A stretch of DNA of 64,000 nt from Paenibacillus sp. (GCA_032117095.1 JAULZZ010000122.1:168-64167); one strand, 5' to 3'. Shown: positions 34,966-45,919, counted from the stretch's first letter. The notes: generated by a model not told the origin, from the sequence alone. Translations and numbers: made by a program.

Positions 34966-36473
34966 AAGAGGCGCAGACGCATGCCCCATATTTTCTCGAA
35001 TTCTTTGCCTACGGTTTGAATTTGTTGTCGTTCGATGTCCCAAGGACGCTCCGATTGCGGGGTAACGGTAAGCAACAGCTGCCGACCTACGGTTTGCGCT
35101 TGAACCCCCGCAATCGGTTGTGTCTCACTGCGGTCGAGTGCACTGGCGATTTGCAAGAGGGATCCCAACCGACTCACCAACATCGGGTCCGCACCGCCGA
35201 GGATGTCCTTGTGTTCGGCATAGAGCGGTTTCATGCGTTTTTCGCTACGAAAAGAAGCGATCATCGCACAGAGCAATAGCTCCCGATGAGACAAACCGTC
35301 AAGGCGGGAATTGGCGATTAAGTAGTACGTGTGTTGCTCATAGTTGTAATAATCGATGGCGATGCCGATGCGATACAACAAACAGGCGACACCGAAGGTG
35401 ATGCCCATGCGATCGTGCAACCCGTGCTCTTGTTGCAAGTCCAAAAACAACTGTTCGCCTAATTTTTTGACGTGATGGACATGTTTCCAGCTGGAGGCGA
35501 CATGCAATTTCAGGATGTTTTCGACGCTGTTTTTCAGTACAACTGCACCCTCAGGCACTGTCGGACGAATCGACTCAAAAAATAAGCCATCCCGCAATCC
35601 TGCCCCACTGACGATCAAATGGGACGATTTCGTGTAAAGTAGCACGCTATGCAAAATGACGAGCCCTGTGACGATAATGTCAATGCGGTCTTTCGTCAAT
35701 CCATCGATGCGTTTGCGCTGATCTTCCTTCATTTGGTGTAACTCCATCAGCCAAGTGTGCACATCACTCGGTGCAAGCGAATATTGATGCATTTGGGCAA
35801 GGGAGTATTTGCGCTTGCGTTGATCCATTTTGCATAAACTGCGTACCGTGCCCCCAAGGCCGATCAAAGGCAACTCGGCATGTTGTGCAATCCAGTCGTG
35901 TGCGTCGAACGTCTGTAAAATTTTATCCGTCAGTGCATGGAAACCTTCCGCCGAAAGTTTGCGTTCTCGACCGTAGTGGCGCAACGTGTTGACCGCCCCA
36001 AAGGGAAAGGACACGCTATGCATGAGTTTCCGATCGCAAAACAAAGAAATCTCCGTGCTTCCCCCGCCCAAATCCACGATAAAGCCACTGCGGATGTCCA
36101 TCGTATTCATCACACCCAAAAAACCAATGCGCCCTTCTTCTTCCCCGGATAAAATGTCGATGGCGATCCCCGTAAGACGACTTAATTCGGCTACGATGGT
36201 TTGTCCTCCACGGGCATTGCGGATGGCTGCGGTGGCGACGGCCCGTACGGAGATCGTTTCGTGCATTTTGCACAACCACAAAAATCGCTGCAACAACGTA
36301 CATACCGTTTCGAGGTCCGTCGAGGACAACTGTCCCTCATCGTCGATGCGTTCGCTGAGTCGGGCGGGTTCTTTCGCTTGATCGACGATCCGATACGCAC
36401 CATGTTCTGTCCACTCATAGATGACGAGTCGAATGGAGTTTGAACCGATGTCGATGATTCCCATGCGTTGCAT
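34959..36473 (-). CDS. ppx: Exopolyphosphatase (Ppx/GppA family)
   Basis: MGIIDIGSNSIRLVIYE and DLGGGSTE. I chose the start at MQRMGII (AAAGGGG upstream). The last sense codon and the stop lie in the MITE terminus. Confidence 0.85.
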   Translation of the reverse strand: MQRMGIIDIGSNSIRLVIYEWTEHGAYRIVDQAKEPARLSERIDDEGQLSSTDLETVCTLLQRFLWLCKMHETISVRAVATAAIRNARGGQTIVAELSRLTGIAIDILSGEEEGRIGFLGVMNTMDIRSGFIVDLGGGSTEISLFCDRKLMHSVSFPFGAVNTLRHYGRERKLSAEGFHALTDKILQTFDAHDWIAQHAELPLIGLGGTVRSLCKMDQRKRKYSLAQMHQYSLAPSDVHTWLMELHQMKEDQRKRIDGLTKDRIDIIVTGLVILHSVLLYTKSSHLIVSGAGLRDGLFFESIRPTVPEGAVVLKNSVENILKLHVASSWKHVHHVKKLGEQLFLDLQQEHGLHDRMGITFGVACLLYRIGIAIDYYNYEQHTYYLIANSRLDGLSHRELLLCAMIASFRSEKRMKPLYAEHKDILGGADPMLVSRLGSLLQIASALDRSETQPIAGVQAQTVGRQLLLTVTPQSERPWDIERQQIQTVGKEFEKIWGMRLRLLY

Positions 36474-36578
36474 CCAATGCACCCCTTTCTTGTCCACGAT
36501 GAATTTTCACGACATCCTTGAGGGAATTCCCGTACTGTGATTTGGAATGCGTCTACGATGCAAATGTTTTTGTGCTTC

Positions 36579-36683
36579 ATACGAAATACGGATTAAAAAT
36601 GTCTATGCAGAGCGATTCCTTTTAAGAGAAAACTCAGTAATTTTTAACCAATACGATTCCTGTGTTCAAACCGTGTTTCGTAT
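36579..36683 (+). repeat. Family-1 MITE-like element, full length
   Basis: atacgaaatacggattaaaaatgtctatgcagagcgattccttttaagagaaaactcagtaatttttaaccaatacgattcctgtgttcaaaccgtgtttcgtat. Confidence 0.85.
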
Positions 36684-36950
36684 CACTGCGCTCCTGCTAC
36701 AAGACGTGTACTGCGCGCATGGATATTTCGGTGTACATACGAACTTTGCATATTTTTGGCGTCTTCTATGAGGCATGTATAATATTATTGTAGCCTAGTT
36801 TGGCAAAAAGGGGAACGGTTGTGGTAAAATGGTTGATGGATTGTGCAACATCCGTGACGACCGATCGCTACCACCCCTTAGATGAATGTGGACGTCTAGC
36901 GGTCATGAAAGTCTTAAACCATTCATAAAAGAGTAAGGAGCGTGTATCGG

Positions 36951-38063
36951 ATGACCATGACCAAAGGGCTAGAAGGCGTCGTTGCGACCACTTCATCGAT
37001 TAGCTCGATTGAAGACGGCGTATTGACGTATCGTGGGTACAACATTGACGATTTAGCGACACACACGACGTATGAAGAAGTCGTCCATTTGTTATGGTAC
37101 GCACGGTTGCCTACGATCGCAGAGCGTACTGCTTTGATACAACAGTTGAGTGCTCAGGCGGCGATTGCACCAGAGATTGTGACGTTGTTGCGGTCTTTTC
37201 CAGCGGATGCCAATGCGATGGCGGTGTTGCGTTCAGCGGTTTCTGCGTTGGCGTTATTCGACCCCGAGGCGCACGAGACAGACCCGCAAGCGCATCAGCG
37301 CATTGCCATTCGGTTACAAGCCAAGTTGCCGACGATCGTCGCCGCATTTGCACGCATTCGACAAGGGCTTGCACCGCTCACCCCACTCCCTGAGGCAACG
37401 GTTGCGACACAGTTTTTGTATTTGCTTACGGGAGAACAGCCTACAGAGACCGCAGTAAAAGCACTCGACAAAGCGTTGGTGTTGCATGCTGACCACGAGC
37501 TCAATGCGTCTACCTTTGCAGCGCGTGTGACCGTTGCGACGCTCTCAGATATGTATTCGGGGGTCACTGCGGCGATTGGTGCGTTGCGCGGGCCCTTGCA
37601 TGGCGGGGCGAACGAAGCCGTGATGGAGATGCTTGAGGAGATCGGATCGGTGGAGCGTGTAGACGAGTACATCCACACGAAACTAAGCCAAAAGGCGAAG
37701 ATTATGGGGTTTGGTCATCGCGTATACAAAGACGGAGACCCTCGCGCCAAACACCTCCAACACATGTCGCGCGAGTTGGGTTTGTTGACAGGCAATACCC
37801 AATGGTACGAAATGTCCGTAAGGATTGAACAGCTGGTGACTGGAGAAAAAGGATTAAAGCCCAATGTCGATTTTTATTCCGCTTCTACCTATACATCGCT
37901 CGCCATTCCGCGTGATTTATTCACCCCTATTTTTGCAATTTCCCGTGTGTCGGGATGGACGGCGCATATCCTCGAACAGTATGCAAACAATCGTTTGATT
38001 CGTCCGCGTGCACAATACACAGGAAAAACACAGCAACACGTCACGCCTATCGCTTCGCGGTAG
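36951..38063 (+). CDS. citZ: Citrate synthase II
   Basis: MTMTKGLEGVVATTSSISSIEDGVLTYRGYNIDDL matches the remembered CitZ N-terminus. GFGHRVYK is also present. Confidence 0.9.
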   Translation: MTMTKGLEGVVATTSSISSIEDGVLTYRGYNIDDLATHTTYEEVVHLLWYARLPTIAERTALIQQLSAQAAIAPEIVTLLRSFPADANAMAVLRSAVSALALFDPEAHETDPQAHQRIAIRLQAKLPTIVAAFARIRQGLAPLTPLPEATVATQFLYLLTGEQPTETAVKALDKALVLHADHELNASTFAARVTVATLSDMYSGVTAAIGALRGPLHGGANEAVMEMLEEIGSVERVDEYIHTKLSQKAKIMGFGHRVYKDGDPRAKHLQHMSRELGLLTGNTQWYEMSVRIEQLVTGEKGLKPNVDFYSASTYTSLAIPRDLFTPIFAISRVSGWTAHILEQYANNRLIRPRAQYTGKTQQHVTPIASR

Positions 38064-38230
38064 TGTGTTTGTCTATTGAAAGCAAAGGCAACGGGCATCC
38101 GTGATGACTGTACTGTGTACATCGGTTATGGCGATGCCCCACATAACAGTGCAGTGGATATGCATGGGGTAGACATCGTGTGCGTATACAACTCCGCGTG
38201 TCAACACCACTATCCCACAGAAAGGCATAG

Positions 38231-38313
38231 TCGTTTTGCCTCGGGTAAAACGCCTCTTGCTTTCTCGCAAAAGACAGTCCGCTGTATCGATGTTTTCCAC
38301 AAGCGATTCGTAT
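38231..38313. repeat. One-armed family-1 element (subfamily B) between citZ and icd
   Basis: tcgttttgcctcgggtaaaacgcctcttgctttctcgcaaaagacag...tcgatgttttccacaagcgattcgtat. Confidence 0.65.
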
Positions 38314-38353
38314 GACCTCGTATGATTCTACTCAAAGGAGTGCCTTTCCATTT

Positions 38354-39679
38354 ATGAATACCGTCGAGCAAGTAGAAAAACCCCTTGAGGGAGCCGCCAT
38401 CACCATCAGCCCTTCGGGGCAGCTTATCGTGCCTGACCGACCGGTGATCCCATTTATCGAAGGAGACGGGATCGGACCAGACATTTGGCTCGCCTCACGG
38501 CGCATATTGGACGCAGCCGTTGCCAAAGCGTATGGAGGGAAACGGCAAATTGTTTGGCATGAAGTGTACGCAGGAGAAAAAGCATACCACAAGTGTGCGT
38601 CGTGGTTGCCCGAACAAACGTTACAAACGATCCGTGAATACATCGTAGCGATAAAAGGACCGTTGACGACGCCCGTAGGGGGGGGCATTCGTTCACTCAA
38701 TGTGGCATTGCGCCAAGAGTTGGATTTGTATGTGTGCTTGCGTCCTGTACGATATTTTCAAGGCGTCCCATCGCCTGTGAAACACCCTGAGCTCGTCGAC
38801 ATGGTCATTTTTCGTGAAAACACGGAAGACATCTATGCAGGGATCGAATATGCAGCGGGTTCACCCGAAGTGCAAAAACTCATGGGCTTTTTGCAACATG
38901 AGATGGGGGTAAACAAAATTCGGTTTCCCGAGACGTCGGGGATTGGCATTAAGCCGGTTTCTAAAGAAGGGTCACAGCGACTCATCCGCGCGGCGATCGA
39001 GTATGCCAAAACGCACGGACGCAAAAGTGTCACGATCGTGCACAAAGGAAACATTATGAAATATACCGAAGGCGCATTCAAAAATTGGGGATACGCGCTC
39101 GCCGAACAAGAATATGCGGCACACACCTTTACGTGGGCACAATATGATCGGATCAAAGCCGAAGCGGGGCAAGCCGCCGCAGATGAAGCACAGCGTGAAG
39201 CACTTGCTGCGGGACGCATTTTGATCAAAGATGCCATCGCGGACATCGCACTCCAACAAGTGTTGACCCGTCCTACAGATTTTGATGTCATCGCCACGCT
39301 CAACTTAAACGGAGATTATTTGTCTGATGCGTTGGCCGCCCAAGTCGGAGGCATCGGGATTGCACCGGGGGCAAATATCAATTACGTGACGGGGCATGCG
39401 ATTTTCGAGGCGACACACGGGACTGCACCAAAGTATGCCGGCAAAGATGTGGTGAATCCAGGGTCGGTCACGCTATCTGGGGTGATGATGCTCGAACATC
39501 TCGGGTGGCAAGAGGCTGCCACGTTGATTTATCGCAGCATGGAAAAGACGATCGCCCAAAAAACAGTGACATATGATTTTGCCCGTCTCATGGAAGGGGC
39601 ACAAGAAGTAAAAACATCTGAATTTGCCGATCGCATGATCGCCAATATGGCGGTATCCATGCCAAACAGTGAGGTGTAA
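38354..39679 (+). CDS. icd: NADP-dependent isocitrate dehydrogenase
   Basis: [42 protein letters not shown]. The start is either 38354 or 38312. Confidence 0.9.
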   Translation: MNTVEQVEKPLEGAAITISPSGQLIVPDRPVIPFIEGDGIGPDIWLASRRILDAAVAKAYGGKRQIVWHEVYAGEKAYHKCASWLPEQTLQTIREYIVAIKGPLTTPVGGGIRSLNVALRQELDLYVCLRPVRYFQGVPSPVKHPELVDMVIFRENTEDIYAGIEYAAGSPEVQKLMGFLQHEMGVNKIRFPETSGIGIKPVSKEGSQRLIRAAIEYAKTHGRKSVTIVHKGNIMKYTEGAFKNWGYALAEQEYAAHTFTWAQYDRIKAEAGQAAADEAQREALAAGRILIKDAIADIALQQVLTRPTDFDVIATLNLNGDYLSDALAAQVGGIGIAPGANINYVTGHAIFEATHGTAPKYAGKDVVNPGSVTLSGVMMLEHLGWQEAATLIYRSMEKTIAQKTVTYDFARLMEGAQEVKTSEFADRMIANMAVSMPNSEV

Positions 39680-40653
39680 TGATGGGAATGACACGGAAAA
39701 AGATTACGGTTGTAGGGGCTGGATTTACAGGAGCGACCACCGCTTTTTTGCTCGCCCAAAAAGAGCTTGGCAATGTGTACTTGCTCGATATTCCTGCACT
39801 AGAGAAACCGACCCAAGGCAAAGCGTTGGACATGCTTGAAGCGTCCCCTGTGCAGCGGTTTGATAGTGTGATCACGGGGGTCTCATCATACGAAGAGACA
39901 AAAAATTCCGATGTCGTGATCATTACCGCTGGCATGGCACGCAAACCAGGGATGAGTCGCGACGATCTCGTGCATACGAATGCAGGCATCGTCCGTGCGG
40001 TGTGTGAACAAGTCAGGGTGACAAGTCCCGAAGCGGTCGTCATTCTCTTGAGCAACCCTGTCGACGCGATGACGTATGTTGCATACCAAACATTACAATT
40101 TCCGAGCCATCGGGTCATCGGGCAGTCCGGCGTATTGGATTCCGCACGGTATCGTACGTTTATTGCACGGGAGCTTGATGTTTCTGTGGAAGACGTGCAT
40201 GGTGTCGTCTTGGGTGGGCACGGAGATGACATGGTACCCCTCGTACGCTATACGACGGCAGGCGGCGTGCCGATTGACCAATTGCTTTCGGCAGAACGGA
40301 TCGAAGCGATCGTCCAACGCACACGCACGGGTGGGGGCGAGATTGTGAACTTACTGGGCAATGGCAGTGCCTATTATGCCCCGGCTGCCTCGCTCGTCGA
40401 AATGACCGAAGCGATTATCAAAGACAAACGTCGTATTTTGCCTACGATCGCATGCTTGCACGGGGAATACGGATTCGAATCGTTGTTCATGGGGGTATTG
40501 ACGGTGCTTGGAGGCAATGGCATCGCGCGCATCATCGAGTTTGCGCTGACCGCAGAAGAACAACAAGCGTTAGCACGATCTGCCCAATCTGTCCGCAATG
40601 TGATGGCGATCGTCGATCGGGATCCTCATGCGCAGGTTGTTTCTTCAACATAG
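39679..40653 (+). CDS. mdh: Malate dehydrogenase (LDH-like family)
   Basis: [27 protein letters not shown] is nearly identical to remembered B. subtilis Mdh. The ATG overlaps the icd stop (TAATG). Confidence 0.92.
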   Translation: MMGMTRKKITVVGAGFTGATTAFLLAQKELGNVYLLDIPALEKPTQGKALDMLEASPVQRFDSVITGVSSYEETKNSDVVIITAGMARKPGMSRDDLVHTNAGIVRAVCEQVRVTSPEAVVILLSNPVDAMTYVAYQTLQFPSHRVIGQSGVLDSARYRTFIARELDVSVEDVHGVVLGGHGDDMVPLVRYTTAGGVPIDQLLSAERIEAIVQRTRTGGGEIVNLLGNGSAYYAPAASLVEMTEAIIKDKRRILPTIACLHGEYGFESLFMGVLTVLGGNGIARIIEFALTAEEQQALARSAQSVRNVMAIVDRDPHAQVVSST

Positions 40654-40665
40654 GAGGCATAAGCG

Positions 40666-41103
40666 ATGAACACGCAGGTCGTATATTTTATTCACGTCAT
40701 TGGCGCACTGTCTGTTGGGTTTTATCTTATTCTTCCGTTCGTATTTTTGACGATGCGCAAGCTGACACCGCACATGCAAGTGGGGTTTTTGCGGGGGTTG
40801 CGCACATTGAATTTGATTGGGCAGTGGTTGCTCATCGTGCAGTTCGTTTCGGGGGGGTACTTGATCGGCAAAAACGCCGATGCCTTCACCGTGCCGTGGA
40901 TGATTTCTGTCTGTGTTGTCTTCGTATTGCTCGGGGCTGCCTCGGGGATGATGGGGGCGGCACTCAAACGGTCCATTGTCGCACACGAAAATGGACAAGT
41001 CGTTCGCCCGTCCGATCCGACTCGGATCCTCGTGTATAGTATATTGGCAGCAGGATGCGTGATATATTTGGTATTCTCGATGGTTTTCCCATACGTTTAC
41101 TAG
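40666..41103 (+). CDS. Small integral membrane protein (about 4 TM segments)
   Basis: Hydrophobic segments; AGGAGG lies upstream of the ATG. Confidence 0.55.
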   Translation: MNTQVVYFIHVIGALSVGFYLILPFVFLTMRKLTPHMQVGFLRGLRTLNLIGQWLLIVQFVSGGYLIGKNADAFTVPWMISVCVVFVLLGAASGMMGAALKRSIVAHENGQVVRPSDPTRILVYSILAAGCVIYLVFSMVFPYVY

Positions 41104-41144
41104 TCATATGAATCACAGATGATAATTGTGTTTTGTAGAAGGTC

Positions 41145-41179
41145 AAAAAAGCAGGGTGTCGATGATACCCTGCTTTTTT
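41145..41179. terminator. Bidirectional intrinsic terminator
   Basis: AAAAAA-GCAGGGT-gtcgatgat-ACCCTGC-TTTTTT between convergent genes. Confidence 0.75.
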
Positions 41180-41214
41180 ACAAGCGGAATTGCGCAAAGA
41201 TTGTCAAGGCGTGT

Positions 41215-41805
41215 TTAGCCACCCAGCTCGTCCAACGTTTTTTCAACACTCGGCGCAAGATGCGTCAAAAAATACGTCACTTCTACGAGTTGCAATGCAT
41301 CCAAATGGGCGAGAATTTGTTCTTCTGCATGGATAAATTCCCGATTTCCGCTGGAACGTTCGGCACGGCATTTGAGGTAAGCATCCAACAAGTCGGCCGC
41401 TTTGACATAGTGCAAAACAACATCGTTCGCGGGGGAAGTTTTCGTTTGGAGGAGCGGGGCGTAAGACGGACGGAGGACATCGGGGGTGAGCCCGATGAGA
41501 CGTTCGGAGGACAAACGTTCAATTTCACGAAAGTTGTGTAACAGGTCTGCGTTATGATGTTTGACAGGGGTAGGGATGTCCCCTGTGAATACTTCTGTGG
41601 CATCGTGAAACAACGCCTGTACCGCCAGTTGGGTGGGGTCGATGTGTGTTTTCCCAAAAACATTGTGGGCAATCGTCCCCAAGGCGTGCGCAATGAGTGC
41701 AACGTAGTACGAATGTTCGGCGACATTGTCCCGCACGGTGTTGCGCATTAAGCTCCAGCGCTGAATATAGCGCAAACGATAAAGATAGGCAAAAAAATGA
41801 TTCAT
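41215..41805 (-). CDS. HD-domain 5'-deoxynucleotidase (YfbR-like)
   Basis: LRYIQRWSLM, NVAEHSYYVA, FHDATEVFTGDIPTPVK. I chose the start at MNHFFAYL. Confidence 0.75.
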   Translation of the reverse strand: MNHFFAYLYRLRYIQRWSLMRNTVRDNVAEHSYYVALIAHALGTIAHNVFGKTHIDPTQLAVQALFHDATEVFTGDIPTPVKHHNADLLHNFREIERLSSERLIGLTPDVLRPSYAPLLQTKTSPANDVVLHYVKAADLLDAYLKCRAERSSGNREFIHAEEQILAHLDALQLVEVTYFLTHLAPSVEKTLDELGG

Positions 41806-41963
41806 ACGCCCAGCACACCTTTCTACAAAAAACAGATGGAATTCACGGGATAAATGAAGGGGGAACCGCATGTCTTTTTGCTTTTGCGGAGGCGTTCGTT
41901 CCGTTCACCCCAACGGGTTTCTGTCATTTTACCACAATTTTGAGTCAAAGGAGCACCGACGAC

Positions 41964-43529
41964 ATGACGCAGATATCACACTCTTCCGCATCACAACAAA
42001 CGAACTTATTTGAAAGCATACTCGCACTCATCACAGAAACGTCGACCAATTTACCGCTGGATGTGCGGCAGGCATTGGCAGCTGGTGCATTGCGAGAACA
42101 AGCAGGTACGCGCGCAGCGTTGTCATTGCACACGATTGCATCGAACAACACATTGGCAAAAACAAACGTTTCTCCGATTTGCCAAGATACAGGAATGCCT
42201 ACATTTATCGTGCATGCGCCCGTAGGCATGCCCCATCGTGTGCTTACCGAAACGATTCAACAAGCGGTAGCGCAAGCGACCAAACAGGGCATTTTACGTA
42301 CGAATTCCGTAGACAGTCTCACAGGGGAGAACACGGGGAACAATCTCGGACCAGGGATGCCTGTCGTGCACATTGCCCAATGGGAACACGAGACGATCGA
42401 AGTAAAGTTATTGCTCAAAGGTGGAGGATGTGAAAACAAAAACACGCAGTATAGTTTGCCATGTACGTTGCCGGCACTCGGAGCAGCAGGACGGGATCTC
42501 GATGGGGTGCGCAAATGCGTGTTGCATGCGGTGTATCAGGCACAAGGACAAGGATGCAGTGCCGGATTTATCGGGGTGGGCATTGGGGGAGACCGCACGA
42601 CGGGATATGAATTGGCAAAAATGCAATTGTTCCGCACACTCGACGATACGAACGAACATCCGGATTTGGCACGGTTAGAAGCGGTCGTGATGGACGCGGC
42701 GAATGCGCTCGGCATTGGCACGATGGGGTTCGGTGGGGAAACCACATTGCTCGGCTGTAAAGTTGGTGTGATGAATCGGTTGCCAGCGAGTTTTTTCGTC
42801 TCTGTGGCATACAATTGCTGGGCATTTCGTCGCCAAGGCATGTTGCTAGACGGACAAACGGGACGCCTGTTGCAGTGGCTATATCCACGCGGGGAGGAAG
42901 TTGCGCTGCCCTCATTGCCTGCTGCGCATGACACACAGCCAACAGGGCGCATCGTAGAGCTGACTACACCCTTGACGGAGGAAGCAGTACGCCAGTTAAA
43001 GGTAGGCGATGTTGTCGTGTTGTCCGGAAAAATGTATACAGGACGCGACGCCATCCACAAACATCTAATGGAACATGATGCGCCCGTAGATTTACACGGC
43101 GCGGCACTGTACCACTGTGGTCCTGTCATGGTCGAGCATCCTACTGGGTGGAAAGTGATGGCTGCAGGACCGACGACATCCGCACGGGAAGAACCGTACC
43201 AAAGCGAGGTCATCCGCAAATGCGGGGTACGTGCGGTCATCGGAAAAGGAGGCATGGGGGCCAAAACATTGGCTGCACTTCAACAGTACGGTGCCGTGTA
43301 TTTGAACGCCATCGGGGGGGCGGCACAAGTGTACGCCCAAAACGTCCGTCATGTCGATGGGGTAGATTTTTTGTCTTTTGGCATTCCCGAGGCGATGTGG
43401 CATCTCGATGTCGCCGGTTTTACCGCAGTCGTCACGATGGATGCTCATGGCAACAGTTTGCATGCCGATGTCGACAAGACGTCATTGGAACGGTTGGCTC
43501 AGTTTGAACCGCGTGTATTTTCATCATGA
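41964..43529 (+). CDS. Class I (Fe-S) fumarate hydratase / hydro-lyase, fused alpha and beta domains
   Basis: CQDTGMP, KGGGCENK, and C-terminal GKMYTGRDAIHKHL and GPTTS. AAAGGAG lies 10 nt before the ATG at 41964. ORF 41697-41963 is a spurious extension. Confidence 0.8.
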   Translation: MTQISHSSASQQTNLFESILALITETSTNLPLDVRQALAAGALREQAGTRAALSLHTIASNNTLAKTNVSPICQDTGMPTFIVHAPVGMPHRVLTETIQQAVAQATKQGILRTNSVDSLTGENTGNNLGPGMPVVHIAQWEHETIEVKLLLKGGGCENKNTQYSLPCTLPALGAAGRDLDGVRKCVLHAVYQAQGQGCSAGFIGVGIGGDRTTGYELAKMQLFRTLDDTNEHPDLARLEAVVMDAANALGIGTMGFGGETTLLGCKVGVMNRLPASFFVSVAYNCWAFRRQGMLLDGQTGRLLQWLYPRGEEVALPSLPAAHDTQPTGRIVELTTPLTEEAVRQLKVGDVVVLSGKMYTGRDAIHKHLMEHDAPVDLHGAALYHCGPVMVEHPTGWKVMAAGPTTSAREEPYQSEVIRKCGVRAVIGKGGMGAKTLAALQQYGAVYLNAIGGAAQVYAQNVRHVDGVDFLSFGIPEAMWHLDVAGFTAVVTMDAHGNSLHADVDKTSLERLAQFEPRVFSS

Positions 43530-44908
43530 TCAGCCATGGTCATCGGTGGGTGTGGGGGATTGTCGTTTTTTGTGGCTGTTATTTTGGTGTGGGGGTTGGG
43601 TTGCTCGCCATAGGGGACTTTTCTTATGGTGCGTGGATTGGGGTTGTGGGTGTGGGGATCGCTGTATTCGGCTCGTTGTTCGCCTTTTGGCAACAACGCA
43701 CGGTATACCGTACGCTCAAAACCCTTTCACAATCGCTCGAACCGTGGATCGACACGAGGGTGAATGCGCCACAAGGGCATTCCATCGCACAGTGGTGTCA
43801 CCACACGCAACACGGCATCGATGTTCTCCTCCAACACGTGACCGTGATGGCAGAAAATGAACAGCGCATGAAGCAAGTGTTGCATCATCTTCTAGGGGGG
43901 TTACTAATTATTGACGCACAAGCACACGTCGTGTGGCAAAATGCAAGGGCATCGCAATTTTTAGGGTACTCCGTAGAGGAGCTTTACAAACAACCGTATA
44001 CCAAAATAAAAACAGCGTTTCAGTTGGCACAAAAAATCGACCTTTGTATGCAAACAGGGGAGTATGCGCGTGAAGAAGTGGAGACATTTTATCCAGAGAA
44101 ACGGAACCTTGATGTGCAACTGTTTCCCATGCCTACGCAAGCACAAGGGCGGGGCGTCCTCGTATTGATGCAAGATCTTTCCGAAATTCGACGATTGGAG
44201 CGAATTCGCAACGAGTTTGTGTCCAATGTGACGCACGAATTAAAAACACCGATTACAGCGATTCGGGGGTTTACGGAAACATTGCTAAAAGGTGCACTGC
44301 AGAACGAAAATACGGCGATGACTTTCTTACAGATTATCGCCGAAGAAAGTGAGCGACTGCACCGACTTATCGGCGACGTGCTGTATTTGTCCAAAGTCGA
44401 ATCCAAACAAATCGAGTTGCATTACAGTCCCTTAGAATTGCATGCATTTTTTGAACGCATTTTTCTGATGATGAAAAACCAAGCCCACAGCAAAAAGATA
44501 CAGCTGGAGATGAAAATACCGCTGGAAACGTACGTAGAAGCCGATGAGGATCGGCTACGCCAAATTGTCTTGAACTTGTTATCCAATGCGATCGCCTATT
44601 CAAATGAGGGAGGTTGGGTCAGTGTGACGGTGGAGTCTGGGGAGACAGACGATCCCCAGCAGGAGGGTTTGGTCACGCGTTTGATTGTAGAAGATGGGGG
44701 CATGGGCATTCCTAAGCATGATTTGCCTCGTATTTTTGAACGATTTTATCGGGTGGACAAGGCGCGGACACGCCAATCCGGCGGAACGGGTTTGGGATTG
44801 AGCATCGCCAAACATCTCATCGAGTTGCATCGTGGCACGATTTCGGTCGAAAGCACGGTAGGGGTGGGGACACGTTTTACTATTGAAATTCCAACGGTTC
44901 AGTGGTAA
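43526..44908 (+). CDS. phoR: Sensor histidine kinase, PhoR-like
   Basis: Two N-terminal TM segments, a PAS-like region, and the H-box SNVTHELKTPITAIRGFTETLLKGA (very close to remembered PhoR). N and G boxes are DGGMGIP and GGTGLGLSI. The ATG overlaps the fumarase stop (ATGA). Confidence 0.7.
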   Translation: MISHGHRWVWGIVVFCGCYFGVGVGLLAIGDFSYGAWIGVVGVGIAVFGSLFAFWQQRTVYRTLKTLSQSLEPWIDTRVNAPQGHSIAQWCHHTQHGIDVLLQHVTVMAENEQRMKQVLHHLLGGLLIIDAQAHVVWQNARASQFLGYSVEELYKQPYTKIKTAFQLAQKIDLCMQTGEYAREEVETFYPEKRNLDVQLFPMPTQAQGRGVLVLMQDLSEIRRLERIRNEFVSNVTHELKTPITAIRGFTETLLKGALQNENTAMTFLQIIAEESERLHRLIGDVLYLSKVESKQIELHYSPLELHAFFERIFLMMKNQAHSKKIQLEMKIPLETYVEADEDRLRQIVLNLLSNAIAYSNEGGWVSVTVESGETDDPQQEGLVTRLIVEDGGMGIPKHDLPRIFERFYRVDKARTRQSGGTGLGLSIAKHLIELHRGTISVESTVGVGTRFTIEIPTVQW

Positions 44909-44950
44909 GATAGCAGTATGATTAATAATACGGTTGGTGGAGGTTAACCC

Positions 44951-45673
44951 ATGTCTCAAGACGTATTGGTCATTGAGGATGAGCAGACGTTATCTCGTCT
45001 CCTGATATATAATCTCGCCCAAGAAGGCTACAACGTACAGCATGTTGACCATGGCACTGTTGGGTTGCAGCGTGCGATGGACGAAGCGTTTGATTTGATT
45101 ATTTTGGATATTATGCTCCCAGGGATGAATGGATTTGAAGTGTTGACAAAGCTTCGCCAACGGGGAAACAAGACCCCTGTCATTATTTTGACTGCGCGCA
45201 ACGCCGAGGCAGATGTCGTGTCCGGATTGAAGCTCGGTGCAGATGATTACATCGCAAAGCCGTTTGGTGTTGCCGAATTGTTGGCGCGCGTCAGTGCGGT
45301 CATGCGCCGGTCGCATAGTGATGAGGGAGAGCTCGTCCTCCCCACCACCAAAGAACGCGTCATTACGATCGGGGAGTTGGCAATCTATCCAGAGCGATAC
45401 GAAGTCGACCTCAACGGAGAAGCGATCGTATTGCGTCCAAAAGAATTCGAAGTGTTGCATTATTTGGCGCAACGTCTTGGTGTGGTCGTGACACGGGATG
45501 ATTTGATGAATATCGTATGGGGATTCGACTACATCGGGGGGCAACGGACGGTGGATGTCCACGTGTCGACATTACGCAAAAAACTTGAAAGTTCATCACA
45601 TTCCATACGCATCGACGCGATACGTGGGCTTGGCTACAAACTCGTGCATACGAAAAAAGTGTTGACCCATTAA
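44951..45673 (+). CDS. phoP: OmpR/PhoB-family response regulator, PhoP-like
   Basis: Receiver residues (VIEDE, LIILDIMLPGMNG, KPF) and a winged-helix C-terminus (RTVDVHVSTLRKKL, RGLGYKL). Confidence 0.7.
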   Translation: MSQDVLVIEDEQTLSRLLIYNLAQEGYNVQHVDHGTVGLQRAMDEAFDLIILDIMLPGMNGFEVLTKLRQRGNKTPVIILTARNAEADVVSGLKLGADDYIAKPFGVAELLARVSAVMRRSHSDEGELVLPTTKERVITIGELAIYPERYEVDLNGEAIVLRPKEFEVLHYLAQRLGVVVTRDDLMNIVWGFDYIGGQRTVDVHVSTLRKKLESSSHSIRIDAIRGLGYKLVHTKKVLTH

Positions 45674-45744
45674 AATTTGGACGACACCCAATAAAAGCGA
45701 AAAAGTGAAAAAATAAAAAAAGTAAAATTTATGTTGCGATGGTG

Positions 45745-45774
45745 TTGCAACGATATGGGGCGTTGTGATATAGT
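45745..45774 (+). promoter_or_regulatory. Candidate promoter of the tRNA array (TTGCAA-18 nt-TATAGT) with an A-rich UP-like region
   Basis: Read directly from the sequence. The A/T-rich stretch 45690-45740 precedes it. Confidence 0.5.
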
Positions 45775-45838
45775 ATGAAAGTCGCATTGTTGCAGGGGAA
45801 TTTTTGAGTGTGACACATCGATGCTTAGGATGATACGT

Positions 45839-45911
45839 TCCCTGATAGCTCAGTTGGTAGAGCACTCGGCTGTTAACCGAGTTGTCACAGGTTCGAGTCC
45901 TGTTCGGGGAG
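45839..45911 (+). tRNA. tRNA-Asn (GTT)
   Basis: Cloverleaf: acceptor TCCCTGA/TCGGGGA, anticodon loop ctGTTaa, T-loop GGTTCGAGTCC. No encoded CCA. Confidence 0.9.
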
Positions 45912-45919
45912 TTCCTTGA

